Assembly: GCA_964648765.1 (NCBI GenBank)
Contig: CAZYLF010000002.1
Span: forward strand, 144,684 to 208,683
Reading direction: 5' to 3'
Origin: an uncultured Candidatus Saccharibacteria bacterium
GTDB taxonomy: Bacteria; Patescibacteriota; Minisyncoccia; Phycocordibacterales; JACOZG01
DNA length: 64,000 bases
Both the position numbers and the translations under genes were made by a program. Below, piece by piece: positions 46,708 to 56,704 of this stretch (position 1 is its first letter; each line of letters begins with the position of its first letter). The notes under the pieces were generated by a model. It made no database searches. It was not told where the DNA came from and saw only the letters and a program-made list of their open reading frames with translations.

Positions 46708-47850
46708 TTACTTAGCCTTAAGTATAGCCCGAATGGACTCGATCCTCGACTCCCAACTGTTTTTGTAAGCCAGTTTTTTCGCCTGGATAATTTTTTTTTC
46801 ATCATAACCAGTCTCCAATATTTTATTAATCTTACTAGCCAAATCAAGAGGGTCATCGGGTTTAAAAAATATGGCCTCATTTTCAGAGATAATGTCACGT
46901 ATCGCCGGTATATCGGAAGCCACTAACGGTCTAGAGGAGGCTAAGTACTCGAACAGCTTTACCGGAGAAGTTTCCACTCTGGACTCCTCATATCGCGCAG
47001 TATTTGGTAAGACTAACACGTCGGCCGCCTTTTGCCATAACGGCATATCCTTATGTGGCTTACGGCCGACAACAACAACATTACTAAATTTCTGAGCTTC
47101 GACTTTAAATTTTTCAATGTCACCATCTGTCCCTCCAACAAAATACACATATGTATTTCTGGATAAATGATTAGCGCTGGCTAGTAGGGTATCAACACCC
47201 TTCCAATAGAACAAGCTGCCTGTATACAGAACAATGTTAATTTCTCCTGGCAACGAAAGCCTCTTTCGTGCCTCCTTCTTGGTAATGTCTAAATCAAACT
47301 TTCTAGCATCAACAGCATTGGGTTGCCATAAAACACGACGACTGGGTACGTCGTACTTTCTAATTATCATACTTGCTTTTAAAGAATTAGTTGAAATTAT
47401 TCCGGCTGTTCTATTAATAACTATTCTATTTATAAAATTAATTTTGCTCTCGTAAAAATCATGAATTTCGATAAAAAAATTCCTTTTAAGTAAGCTTAGC
47501 AAAAAAACATCTCTAAGATCGTGAGAGTAGTAAATACACTGACTGCTAAACATAGCTTTGGCAAAAACAACAATATTAAAAGTTAGAAGTAAAATAAAAA
47601 AACTCAATTTTCCTCCCATCCTTTCCATGGGATCAATAACGGGTAACTTGATTAATTTGAAATTTCTTTTTGTTTGGTGGTAATTAAAGGGGTCAGAATT
47701 AACATGATTACTATTTGACCGATTTGGTACCCACAGTTCCACCTCAAATCCCTGATCTGCAAACTCCTGACAAGTTCTCATTATTAATGGAGACATTGTC
47801 TTCTCAGATGGGAAACGCCAGTGTGAAATATAGATGAGTTTTTTATTCAT
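46708..47850 (-). CDS. Family 4 glycosyltransferase (GT-B, group 1)
   Basis: The C-terminal domain has the E..E motif region (...ESRVETSPVKLFEYLASSRPLVASD). Confidence 0.75.
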   Translation of the reverse strand: MNKKLIYISHWRFPSEKTMSPLIMRTCQEFADQGFEVELWVPNRSNSNHVNSDPFNYHQTKRNFKLIKLPVIDPMERMGGKLSFFILLLTFNIVVFAKAMFSSQCIYYSHDLRDVFLLSLLKRNFFIEIHDFYESKINFINRIVINRTAGIISTNSLKASMIIRKYDVPSRRVLWQPNAVDARKFDLDITKKEARKRLSLPGEINIVLYTGSLFYWKGVDTLLASANHLSRNTYVYFVGGTDGDIEKFKVEAQKFSNVVVVGRKPHKDMPLWQKAADVLVLPNTARYEESRVETSPVKLFEYLASSRPLVASDIPAIRDIISENEAIFFKPDDPLDLASKINKILETGYDEKKIIQAKKLAYKNSWESRIESIRAILKAK

Positions 47851-48464
47851 TTTTTTAAGATAAAAAACCTATGATACTGGTTCTCAAATGGTACAAATTC
47901 TTTGATTATCCTAAAATATTTTTCAATTTCCCTACGGACATCCCTCTTACTATAACCTTTTTTCCCAATCTCCCAATAATGTTGGCCGTTGAATGTATGC
48001 TCTAGTGGTAATTTTAATTTGGTAGCAACCTTAATTTCTTGGATGAAAGGAAATTTAAACATAAATTTAATTGGGGGCCCAAAGTGAGGTAAACTTATAA
48101 TTACATTATTGCTTGCCACCCTCCTCATCTCCATTAATGCCTTCCCAAAATCACAATAGGGCAGGTGCTCTAAGACCTGGAAAGCACACACCAGGTCGAA
48201 CACTCCATCCTTGACTGGGATATCGCAGACACTACCAACATAGTCTGGGTTTAGGTCTTCAGCAATATCAAGATTTTTATATCCAATTTTGGTATTGTTT
48301 TTGATATACTGACCGAAAACTCCATCCCCCACACCAATTTCTAGAATATTAACTGGGGACAAGTTTATTACTTCCTTTATTTGAAAAAAATAACTAGACC
48401 ACCTATCTAAGTGGAGGTATTTATCAAAATTGTACGCCTCTCTATTTACCTGTTTTTTATGCAT
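47847..48464 (-). CDS. Class I SAM-dependent methyltransferase
   Basis: The motif is ILEIGVGDGVFG. Confidence 0.65.
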   Translation of the reverse strand: MHKKQVNREAYNFDKYLHLDRWSSYFFQIKEVINLSPVNILEIGVGDGVFGQYIKNNTKIGYKNLDIAEDLNPDYVGSVCDIPVKDGVFDLVCAFQVLEHLPYCDFGKALMEMRRVASNNVIISLPHFGPPIKFMFKFPFIQEIKVATKLKLPLEHTFNGQHYWEIGKKGYSKRDVRREIEKYFRIIKEFVPFENQYHRFFILKK

Positions 48465-49482
48465 ATTTAATTATATATGAGAAAACATACTCAAAAAACT
48501 TCTCAGGCGTAAGAAACAGTCCAAATGTCTGAATCGCCAATCTTTGCATATTTATGAAATCATCATTACTTAAATTCCTATAGAAACTACTTACTATGGT
48601 GTCAAGATTTTTAATATCACGGAAACTCGCCCTCAATATAAATTTATCATAGTTTATTATGCCCTCTAGCGGGAGTAATGTTTCTGTATCAACCATGAGC
48701 GGGATTCTGCCTAAAGACAACGTTTCAAAGAATCTTGCTGAGTAATTTCCATCACCCTTAACTGACAGAGTGAAATCGGAGTCAATTATATTCTTAATAT
48801 ACTCTTCCCTTACCCTCACAGGGTCCTCGCTAATTGTTGCACTATGACCAGAATATGTCTTTCTAACAATAAAATTAGTACTAATCAAGTGACTGTTTTT
48901 CAGGATTTTTAATGCCCTAATTCTAAAAAATATACCTTTTTTGTGACTTTCTTTGTTCCTATCAAATAAACATAATAGGGAGTTAAGTTGATTTTTAATA
49001 AAGTACTTCAATTTATATTTCCTCCCGCCAAAACCGGCCCAACCTACAAACCCAACAGTTGGTAAGTGTTGTTTCTCTCTCGCAACAAAAGCAAACTTTA
49101 GCCCAAGATTCTCAACAAGTGGTGGAATTATTATTTCATTATGTTTTTTTTTATATTTATACTGAGAAGTTCTGAGAATTATTGAGTTCGGAATATTGAT
49201 ATCCTCATCGGAATCACCGTAAGCAAAGACTATCACCTTCAGACCTGTTTTTTCTGAGAGATCAATCAATTCGTTTAAATATTTTATATTTTTTTTTATA
49301 CTAAAATAATTATGAGGTAAAAGTATAAAATCAGCTTCACTAAGTTCGACATAGGCTAAAAAGGTGTTTGACACTTCCCCTTCAAATAATTTCCCTGTTT
49401 TATTAGTTCCAAACTCTCCACTCAAAAAACTTAAATGTTCGACCCCAACCTCGCGCTTGAATAAATTAACTTTAGTTTTCAT
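48457..49482 (-). CDS. Exostosin-like (GT47-like) glycosyltransferase
   Basis: The C-terminal motif ARFFETLSLGRIPLMVDTETLLPLEGIINYDKFIL resembles the exostosin signature R.fEal..GcIPVi....lPf...idw..fsv. Confidence 0.4.
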   Translation of the reverse strand: MKTKVNLFKREVGVEHLSFLSGEFGTNKTGKLFEGEVSNTFLAYVELSEADFILLPHNYFSIKKNIKYLNELIDLSEKTGLKVIVFAYGDSDEDINIPNSIILRTSQYKYKKKHNEIIIPPLVENLGLKFAFVAREKQHLPTVGFVGWAGFGGRKYKLKYFIKNQLNSLLCLFDRNKESHKKGIFFRIRALKILKNSHLISTNFIVRKTYSGHSATISEDPVRVREEYIKNIIDSDFTLSVKGDGNYSARFFETLSLGRIPLMVDTETLLPLEGIINYDKFILRASFRDIKNLDTIVSSFYRNLSNDDFINMQRLAIQTFGLFLTPEKFFEYVFSYIIKYA

Positions 49483-50527
49483 CTTTTATAATTTTTGAAA
49501 TACGGACAGTTAAATTCTCTACGCTTGCCATTTCCCCAACTTTAACTTTTAAATAACAGCCAATGTCGTTTATTACCTCTCTCTTGTTTACAAGTGAGAC
49601 AATTTTCGCCGCTAAATCTCTATAGTCTCCGTATTTAAATATTAGGTCACCATTATACGCATCAAAGTATGGTAAGAAACTTTCGTTAGAGGAAAGAACT
49701 GGTGTCGATGAAGCCATAGACTCTAGAACGGCTTTATCTACCCCACCAGTAAACGTCATATTAACCGTCACAGTTGCCCAGTTATAATAATCTTTTATTT
49801 TATAATACGGCACACTATCAACAAAAGAAATGTATTTTTCAAGAGTGAGATTACTAATTAAATTTTTAATCTCCGTCACATATTTTAGATCATCAGATGT
49901 GATAGGGCCACCTACAAGTTGAACCTTTAGGGCACTCACTTCATCTTTTACAATACTGATCGCCCTCACAAGAGTCTCAATATTTTTTATTCTCGTTACC
50001 CTGCCAACATGCAATATTTTTAGTTGACTGAAATCAAGCTTCTTTTGTAGATCATTAAACTGGGACAAATCTACCCCATGCCCAACAACCCTCAATTTGC
50101 TAGTTTTAATATTAAAACTTTTAGAAGATGCGGTAAATATGTTTCTGCAGAACAATAAAGACAAACGTAACTTAAGATCAACCTGCTTGTGGTTATACCA
50201 AAGATATATCAACTTACGACACACAAACCATACAGGGAACCCTAATGAGCAATAAGCGGGATTCATATGCACGAAAACCGCGTCGTAGTTTTTTCGCTCC
50301 TGCCAAATATATTTATAAAATCGGTAGAGGTATTTAAATCGAGATTTTCCTGACTCCTTGCTAAGAGATAATACTTTTACATTTTCAGGAAAAGAATATT
50401 TTCCCTTCTGTAAACAAATTACAGTTAACTTTTCGTAATGTTTAGAAAATTCTTCAATCCATCGATGAAAAAATCCAAGTATTGGATCATCAAGATCAAC
50501 TTTTTGAGTAATAATTAGTAACTTCAT
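49472..50527 (-). CDS. Family 4 glycosyltransferase
   Basis: It has a GT4 C-terminal domain (ILHVGRVTRIKNIETL....VLESMASSTPVLSS). Confidence 0.7.
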   Translation of the reverse strand: MKLLIITQKVDLDDPILGFFHRWIEEFSKHYEKLTVICLQKGKYSFPENVKVLSLSKESGKSRFKYLYRFYKYIWQERKNYDAVFVHMNPAYCSLGFPVWFVCRKLIYLWYNHKQVDLKLRLSLLFCRNIFTASSKSFNIKTSKLRVVGHGVDLSQFNDLQKKLDFSQLKILHVGRVTRIKNIETLVRAISIVKDEVSALKVQLVGGPITSDDLKYVTEIKNLISNLTLEKYISFVDSVPYYKIKDYYNWATVTVNMTFTGGVDKAVLESMASSTPVLSSNESFLPYFDAYNGDLIFKYGDYRDLAAKIVSLVNKREVINDIGCYLKVKVGEMASVENLTVRISKIIKDEN

Positions 50528-51516
50528 TTTAAAATTTCCATAATCTTACCAACCAAACATTGCTTATCTCCTACCGGGCAAACGTGACTTGTCACTTCAC
50601 CTGCGATACCAACGTTTGTTGAAACTATTGATAAACCACAAGTATTTGCCTCAACGAGAGTCATCCCATAGCCCTCGTAATATGAAGTCAGGAGAAACAG
50701 ATCGGCAGTTTTGTAATATGAAGCCAGATCGTTAGACCAACCTTCAAATTTTACATTATCATTACGATTCAATTTCTGAACCATACTCTTTAATTTGCCT
50801 TCCTGGGGCCCAGAACCAACAATAATTAAGCCAATTTTTGTGTTCTGCTTTGTGAGTATTGTCATAGCCTCAATTGCTAAGCCAATATTTTTTTCCCAAG
50901 TTAAACGCGAGGCCATTAAAATTATCTTTTCGAACTGAGAATACTTTTCATGAAGATTTGTTTTTACTGGTGCGGATTTAAGCTTTTCAAGATCTATATA
51001 AACCGGCCTTATTTCAATATTTGCTTTTAAATTTGGAAATTGTTTAGCCAATGAATCTTTTATCCTCTGACTTACCACGCGAATCTCATTTGCTTTAGGG
51101 ATAATTTTTTTAGCAATCATTAATCTGAATTTGTTCAAAACAGACTGCTTGCTAAAATATGGATTAAATAAATCAGTATGAATTTGTAAATGTAGCTTGG
51201 CCTTTATTTTTTTTGCAATCCTGAAACCAACTAAACCAGCCTCAAATGGATCTTGGCAAGTTACAATGTCAGCTTTAAAATTTAATTTTTTAGCCAGTTT
51301 GATTGCGTCAATAATATAAGTAAATCTAGAAACTGAGTTGGTGGGGTAGACAGTTAACTTTGGAGAGATTTCAGTAATTTTAAGACTTAAACTTTTTTTA
51401 GCAAAAACTATCACCTTAGTTTCTTCAGCACTTTCAGCATAGCTGGCCACGCGCGTGGCCACATCACTCCCGGGGGTAAATAGATTGCGGTCAGATCCAA
51501 TACTAATTATTTTCAT
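50524..51516 (-). CDS. Family 4 glycosyltransferase
   Basis: It has a GT4 C-terminal domain (EGYGMTLVEANTCGLSIVSTNVG). Confidence 0.65.
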   Translation of the reverse strand: MKIISIGSDRNLFTPGSDVATRVASYAESAEETKVIVFAKKSLSLKITEISPKLTVYPTNSVSRFTYIIDAIKLAKKLNFKADIVTCQDPFEAGLVGFRIAKKIKAKLHLQIHTDLFNPYFSKQSVLNKFRLMIAKKIIPKANEIRVVSQRIKDSLAKQFPNLKANIEIRPVYIDLEKLKSAPVKTNLHEKYSQFEKIILMASRLTWEKNIGLAIEAMTILTKQNTKIGLIIVGSGPQEGKLKSMVQKLNRNDNVKFEGWSNDLASYYKTADLFLLTSYYEGYGMTLVEANTCGLSIVSTNVGIAGEVTSHVCPVGDKQCLVGKIMEILK

Positions 51517-52499
51517 AATTCTATAAATTCATTTGCAATTTGTGACCATGAGCGATTAGCTTGGAGTAACTTTATATTTTCTTTTAACTTTTCATAAACC
51601 TCACTTTGACCTAAGTCCCCTATCGCTCGTGCGATTTTTTGCTCATCTCGAGTATCAACCAAAATCCCACATTTAAGAAATACACCAGGCAAACCAGTGT
51701 CCTCAGTTAAAATAAAGGGTTTGCCTAAAGCTAAACCATCAAGCACTAAATTAGGCGAGACTTCAGAAATTGAGGGTACAATAATAGCATGAGACTCGCT
51801 GACTCTACGAGATAACTCACTAGGAGAACTCACGGTGGTATCGAGTTTAATTGTAGTGTTATTTTTTTGAGCTAACTCAAATGCCCGAACCAAAACCAAC
51901 TTATTTTTTAATTTAATGTCACGAGCCGGGGCCAAAAATAGTTTGGCTTTGGAGTCATTGATTTTAGTAAATTCAAAATAATTTTCAATAATTTTTGTTT
52001 TAACAATATCCAACTTGTAAGGCTCCCTCCAAATTTGTCTCAACCAATCAGTATTAAAAACAACCAAATTAGCCCATCTCAAAACAGATCGAGTAAATTT
52101 AAATATGATTTTTTCTTTAAAAGAAAACTTTCTTGGCTTAATATAAAATTCCGACAATCTTACTGCCTCCCCCGTTCGCTCCACATACTTTTCCCACAAA
52201 AAATCTCCACCCGCACGAATAATTACCTTTTTCCCAAACAATTTTGCAGCTAAAATTGTTGGTAACGCCACACTGAACGTATCTAAAATTAAAACGAAGT
52301 CTGCACCACGCAGCTGGGCCAGAACCTTAAAGAAGTAAGCAACATGTCGAATGCCACTGGGCAAATTTCGTACGTCAGAAAACTTAGCCGTCTTAACGGT
52401 ATGGCCCAACTTTTGCCACTCCCTTTCTAAATTAAAAGCATATTGTGCTGGCCCCCCGATCTCAGGCGGAAAAAGTGGTGCAGCAATTAAAATTTTCAT
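51513..52499 (-). CDS. Family 4 glycosyltransferase
   Basis: The N-terminus is MKILIAAPLFPPEIGGPAQYA. It makes a 4-nt ATGA overlap with the upstream gene. Confidence 0.7.
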   Translation of the reverse strand: MKILIAAPLFPPEIGGPAQYAFNLEREWQKLGHTVKTAKFSDVRNLPSGIRHVAYFFKVLAQLRGADFVLILDTFSVALPTILAAKLFGKKVIIRAGGDFLWEKYVERTGEAVRLSEFYIKPRKFSFKEKIIFKFTRSVLRWANLVVFNTDWLRQIWREPYKLDIVKTKIIENYFEFTKINDSKAKLFLAPARDIKLKNKLVLVRAFELAQKNNTTIKLDTTVSSPSELSRRVSESHAIIVPSISEVSPNLVLDGLALGKPFILTEDTGLPGVFLKCGILVDTRDEQKIARAIGDLGQSEVYEKLKENIKLLQANRSWSQIANEFIEL

Positions 52500-53596
52500 A
52501 AAATTTTTCGCATTTGGTTGGCGACTTGATCCCAAGTATATTTACTTAAAACTAAGTCTCTACCTTGGTTAGTTATTTTTTTAACTTCCTCTGAATTTTC
52601 TGGATTCAAAATAAATTTAATCTGATCGGCGATACTTTTTGGATTTTTTACTTCACAAACCCAACCAGTCTCACCAACTTTTAAAAAATCAGGGATTCCG
52701 CCCACGGGTGTACCCACGGTTGGTAACCCTGCTGCCATCGCCTCAAGAAATGAGTTGCCTAGACCTTCAGATAAGGATGGGCGCACAAACACATCCGCTT
52801 TGGCCAAATATTCTGGAATCTGTGAACCGTCAATTTGACCTAAAAATTTTACTCTATTTTCTAGCGCCAAACGGCAAGTGAGCGCTCGCAGTCTACCCTC
52901 ATCTTTACCTATCCCAAGCACCCACAAACTAACCTCGGGCGGAAGATAAGTCAACGAGGTAATTAAATCTGCAATACCATTCTTTTTTACCAATCTCGAA
53001 GTAGTAATAATAATTTTGCCAGATCGTGATGGCTCAACTTTATTTAAAAAATTATCTACATCTACACCATTAGGCACTACTGTCACGGGGCACTTAGCGC
53101 CAAACTTAATTGCTCGTTTAGCAAGAAAAGTTGAAATTGCTTGGATATGATCCGCGCGTCTGTATATCGCTTTATAAAGTGGTCGCATAAACCAAGTGCG
53201 AAGCCATATATCTAAAACTGAATCACCCTCTTGAAGTGTTAAAATATATTTAATATTTGGAAACTTCCATTTAAAAAATAACGCCGCGAGGGCACCTTGA
53301 TTGGCCATCATCGCCCACACCTCATTATACGGCTCTCTTTTGTGTAATCTTTTTGCTAAACGATACGCAGAAAATGGAAAAAATATTTTTGAAAATTTAC
53401 CCGCACCCAGTCGTCGCACCATAGCTGAGCCATACTTTTCAATTGGCACCTGCTGGCCGTCTAAATTTACCGTAATAATCTCAAACTGGTAATCATCTCC
53501 AGCCAAACGCTCAATAATCTCCCTAAGCGCCACTTCAGCCCCGCCCACAAACGGGTAATAAGCTAAAGAAAATACCAAAACTCGTTTTGCGGGCAT
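52496..53596 (-). CDS. Family 4 glycosyltransferase
   Basis: Motifs FVGGAEV and EGLGNSFLEAMAAGLPTVGT are present. Confidence 0.75.
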   Translation of the reverse strand: MPAKRVLVFSLAYYPFVGGAEVALREIIERLAGDDYQFEIITVNLDGQQVPIEKYGSAMVRRLGAGKFSKIFFPFSAYRLAKRLHKREPYNEVWAMMANQGALAALFFKWKFPNIKYILTLQEGDSVLDIWLRTWFMRPLYKAIYRRADHIQAISTFLAKRAIKFGAKCPVTVVPNGVDVDNFLNKVEPSRSGKIIITTSRLVKKNGIADLITSLTYLPPEVSLWVLGIGKDEGRLRALTCRLALENRVKFLGQIDGSQIPEYLAKADVFVRPSLSEGLGNSFLEAMAAGLPTVGTPVGGIPDFLKVGETGWVCEVKNPKSIADQIKFILNPENSEEVKKITNQGRDLVLSKYTWDQVANQMRKIL

Positions 53597-53600
53597 AAGG

Positions 53601-55355
53601 TTATTTTAATCCTAGCATACCCTCGAGCACATCTTTAGGGACTTCCTTGTTCTCTACTTTTACCTCTGGTTTTGTCTCAACCTTCGGTTCAGATTTTACT
53701 TCTGGTTTAATTTCAGGTTTAACCTCTTTTTTAGGTTCACTTTTTTCACCTTTCAACATTTCCGCGAGCGAAGCACGCAAATCGGCACGGGACTTTTCAC
53801 TACCAGCTTTGGCTTTTTCAGGAATTTTGTTTTTAAGAAAATTGAGCGGAACCACGGTCTTTGGTTTAGGAACAAATACTTCCTCTTTTGAAATATTTTT
53901 TGCCACTGGTGGCACTGGCACAACCTTACGAATCACTGGTGGAGGCGGTGTTGGGGTAATTGGTTTTACTGGAACGATTGGGGTAACTGGGGCAACAGTT
54001 TTGGCCACAACCTTTGGCACAGTCTCTCTACGCACAGGCAAACCATTTTCATCAAAATCTTTGGCTGTGTACCAAGCCTGAGTATCCTGCTCCACCTTCT
54101 CCCTAGGTTTAGCCCACTGAGTCCGCGAACTCTTTACAATCTCATCTTTAAGCGACGGGCCCCGAGGGGCAAGTGGGCCCATACCCACAGCCGAGAATGG
54201 TGGCGATCCTACCCCGTCGATCATTAAAGTAAGGTACATTTGATATTTACCCAAATTCACAATGTCCTCCTGCAAGAAAGTGGGTGAAAAAACTTTTTCT
54301 AACACCTCGGCGTCAAACGGGCCAACCCGAAATGAAATAAGTGAACCCACGTTTCCAAACACCGCCGCCCTCACCTCCTCCGACATCTGCTCTACATATT
54401 GATGGGCAATAGTTAATGAGAGTTTGTACTTACGAGCTTCAGATAAAATATTGGCAAAAGATTCGTTTGCAAAAGATTGGAACTCGTCTACAAAGAAATA
54501 AAATTGCGGCAAAGTTTTAAGTTCTGCGTTGCCAGCATTGGCGCGCGACATCGCAGTTAAGTAAATCTTGGTGATCAGCATTGAGCCAAGCAAATTAGCG
54601 TTGGTCTCGCCAATCCGGCCTTTGGATAAGTTCACGATCAAAATTTTGCGCTCGTCCATCATCTGCCGGAAATCAAAGGATGATTTGGGCTGGCCGATAA
54701 TATTACGAATTAGTGGGTTAGCAGTAAATTGACCAATTTTATTTTGAATGGCTGGCACAGCCTCCGCTGCCATCCGCTCGGTGTATTTAGCAAACTCATC
54801 CACCCAAAAAGATTTTACTGATGGGTCACTCACGTTATCTACCACTTTTTTTCGGAAATCTTTATCAGCCAACATTCGGTTTACGCCAAGTAAAGTGGAA
54901 CCAGGATACTCAAGTAAAGCTAAAATTGTGTTGGTAAGAATATATTCCATCCGCGCGCTCCACGCATCCACCCAGATTTTTTTAAACGTGCTCATTAAGC
55001 CTGAAGCCACTAAATGTCGCTGATCTTTACCCACATCTTCCATCACGTTAAAAGAAACTGGATTATCAAGATCAAACGGCGCAAAGTAGATCACATCGCG
55101 GATGCGCTCTTCAGGCACGTATTCTAAAAGTTTTTCTGCGGAAGTGCCGTGAGGGTCGATAAAAGCTACGCCATGACCGTTCCAAATATCTTGGATGGCC
55201 ATGTTATCAAGCAAAGTAGATTTGCCCATACCAGTTTTACCGATCACATAAACGTGACGGCTTCGATCCTCGGATTTAATTCCGAAGGGTGTGCGCTTGC
55301 CGCGAAAGTCTGTGAGCGCAAAATAATTTTTATCTTTCCCCAACTCCGGAGGCAT
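53601..55355 (-). CDS. P-loop ATPase of the type IV secretion coupling-protein / TraD-VirD4-TrwB-like (DUF87/TraM-recognition) type with a C-terminal Pro/Lys-rich tail
   Basis: Walker A is GKTGMGKST. Walker B is hhhhDEFQSF. There is a DP.G motif. There are no N-terminal TM helices. The 150-aa tail is PVKPITPTPPPP...KPEVK. Confidence 0.5.
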   Translation of the reverse strand: MPPELGKDKNYFALTDFRGKRTPFGIKSEDRSRHVYVIGKTGMGKSTLLDNMAIQDIWNGHGVAFIDPHGTSAEKLLEYVPEERIRDVIYFAPFDLDNPVSFNVMEDVGKDQRHLVASGLMSTFKKIWVDAWSARMEYILTNTILALLEYPGSTLLGVNRMLADKDFRKKVVDNVSDPSVKSFWVDEFAKYTERMAAEAVPAIQNKIGQFTANPLIRNIIGQPKSSFDFRQMMDERKILIVNLSKGRIGETNANLLGSMLITKIYLTAMSRANAGNAELKTLPQFYFFVDEFQSFANESFANILSEARKYKLSLTIAHQYVEQMSEEVRAAVFGNVGSLISFRVGPFDAEVLEKVFSPTFLQEDIVNLGKYQMYLTLMIDGVGSPPFSAVGMGPLAPRGPSLKDEIVKSSRTQWAKPREKVEQDTQAWYTAKDFDENGLPVRRETVPKVVAKTVAPVTPIVPVKPITPTPPPPVIRKVVPVPPVAKNISKEEVFVPKPKTVVPLNFLKNKIPEKAKAGSEKSRADLRASLAEMLKGEKSEPKKEVKPEIKPEVKSEPKVETKPEVKVENKEVPKDVLEGMLGLK

Positions 55356-55507
55356 TGTTTATTAATTGTAACATATAACACAAAACAAAAACGCTGCACC
55401 TTGTGAGTACAGCGTTCGATGACTTTTTTCTGATGTGAAATTTTACCTCCCACTTACACTAACTATTGTTTCTTTAATTTTCAACAAAAACTTAAAAATA
55501 TATGAGA

Positions 55508-56704
55508 CTACTTGTCAAGACCACCGGCGGTGTATTTGTTTGAGGGGTCCCACATCATCCAAGAGGTCAATCCAGCGTCGTAAACGGCCTGTTTTTGGGC
55601 TTTAATCATGTCGGCGGTATAGTCAGCCCCAAGGTCGAAATCCTGAAGCCAGGGACGCAATTTTAGAGGGCTGGAGGAGGCATTAGTAAGCTTAATTGAG
55701 GCTTGATCCATGGAATCTTTGATCACCTCATATGGCTTGGTGGCGGGGTTAGCAAAGCCAAGATACCCGGCCGCGTAATGCGAGGGGTAAACCATTGGTG
55801 CAATATAGTCAAAATAAGGTGCCGCCACCTCTAGAGTTTGGCCGATCCCCAAGTCATCTCTAGCGCTTGTAGTAAGCCCAAAAAGGTCAGCTGAAGTCAC
55901 CACCGGTAAATCACTTAGTCCTCGATCAAGATACTTAAAAAATTCTCCCATTTGTTTTACCCGAGTTGAACTAGCAAAATTAAAATGTTCATAGGTAATG
56001 TCTTTCATATTACCGTCTGAAGGGAAGCGAATATAATCAAAATTAATTTCGTCAAAGCCAAGCGCATAAGCATCACGAGAAATTAAAATGGTGTAGTCCC
56101 AAACTTCTTTAGCCCCAGCGTCGAGCCACGGAATGCCTTTGCGGTCGCGCCACACAGCACCGTCACTCTCACGCTTCACCGCGAGATCCGGGCGCTTATC
56201 AACCAAAAATTCATCTTGAAAAACAGCCACGCGTCCGATTACATAAATCCCCTTCTCGTGTAATTTACCAATAAATTCTTTGATGTCTGGGATTCTTAAT
56301 TGCTCAGCGCCAACCTCTTTAAGTTTTGGATTAGTCACGGGGAAAGCGATGTGGCCAGAGTAATCTTTAATATCAATTACTAAAGAATTAATTTCTGTTT
56401 CGTCAGTTAATTTTAAAATATGATCTCTAAAACTTTTGGTGCCGGCGGCCCATGATGTGAGATAAAGCGCCTTGAGCGGTTCAGGAGTTGATAAATGCGT
56501 CACAATAAATTCTGGCTCTTTTGGTTCTTCTTGCTCCACAGCCACTACGACTTCCGCCACATAATTTACTGGTGCATCTTTAAACCACGGTACCCGCCAA
56601 AGCAAAGCAAATCCGAGCGCTACCAACGCGACAGGCAAAACTAAAAAAAGAGCTGCCGTGCGTGTGTGATTTTTAGGATTGAAGTTTTTCATTATCACTT
56701 TCAA
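55508..56704 (-). CDS. Putative glycoside-hydrolase-like TIM-barrel protein (DUF4015/GHL-type) with an N-terminal TM anchor
   Basis: The segments SLVIDIKDYSGHIAF and IYVIGRVAVFQDEFL...RPDLAV fit the DUF4015 pattern. Confidence 0.45.
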   Translation of the reverse strand: MKVIMKNFNPKNHTRTAALFLVLPVALVALGFALLWRVPWFKDAPVNYVAEVVVAVEQEEPKEPEFIVTHLSTPEPLKALYLTSWAAGTKSFRDHILKLTDETEINSLVIDIKDYSGHIAFPVTNPKLKEVGAEQLRIPDIKEFIGKLHEKGIYVIGRVAVFQDEFLVDKRPDLAVKRESDGAVWRDRKGIPWLDAGAKEVWDYTILISRDAYALGFDEINFDYIRFPSDGNMKDITYEHFNFASSTRVKQMGEFFKYLDRGLSDLPVVTSADLFGLTTSARDDLGIGQTLEVAAPYFDYIAPMVYPSHYAAGYLGFANPATKPYEVIKDSMDQASIKLTNASSSPLKLRPWLQDFDLGADYTADMIKAQKQAVYDAGLTSWMMWDPSNKYTAGGLDK

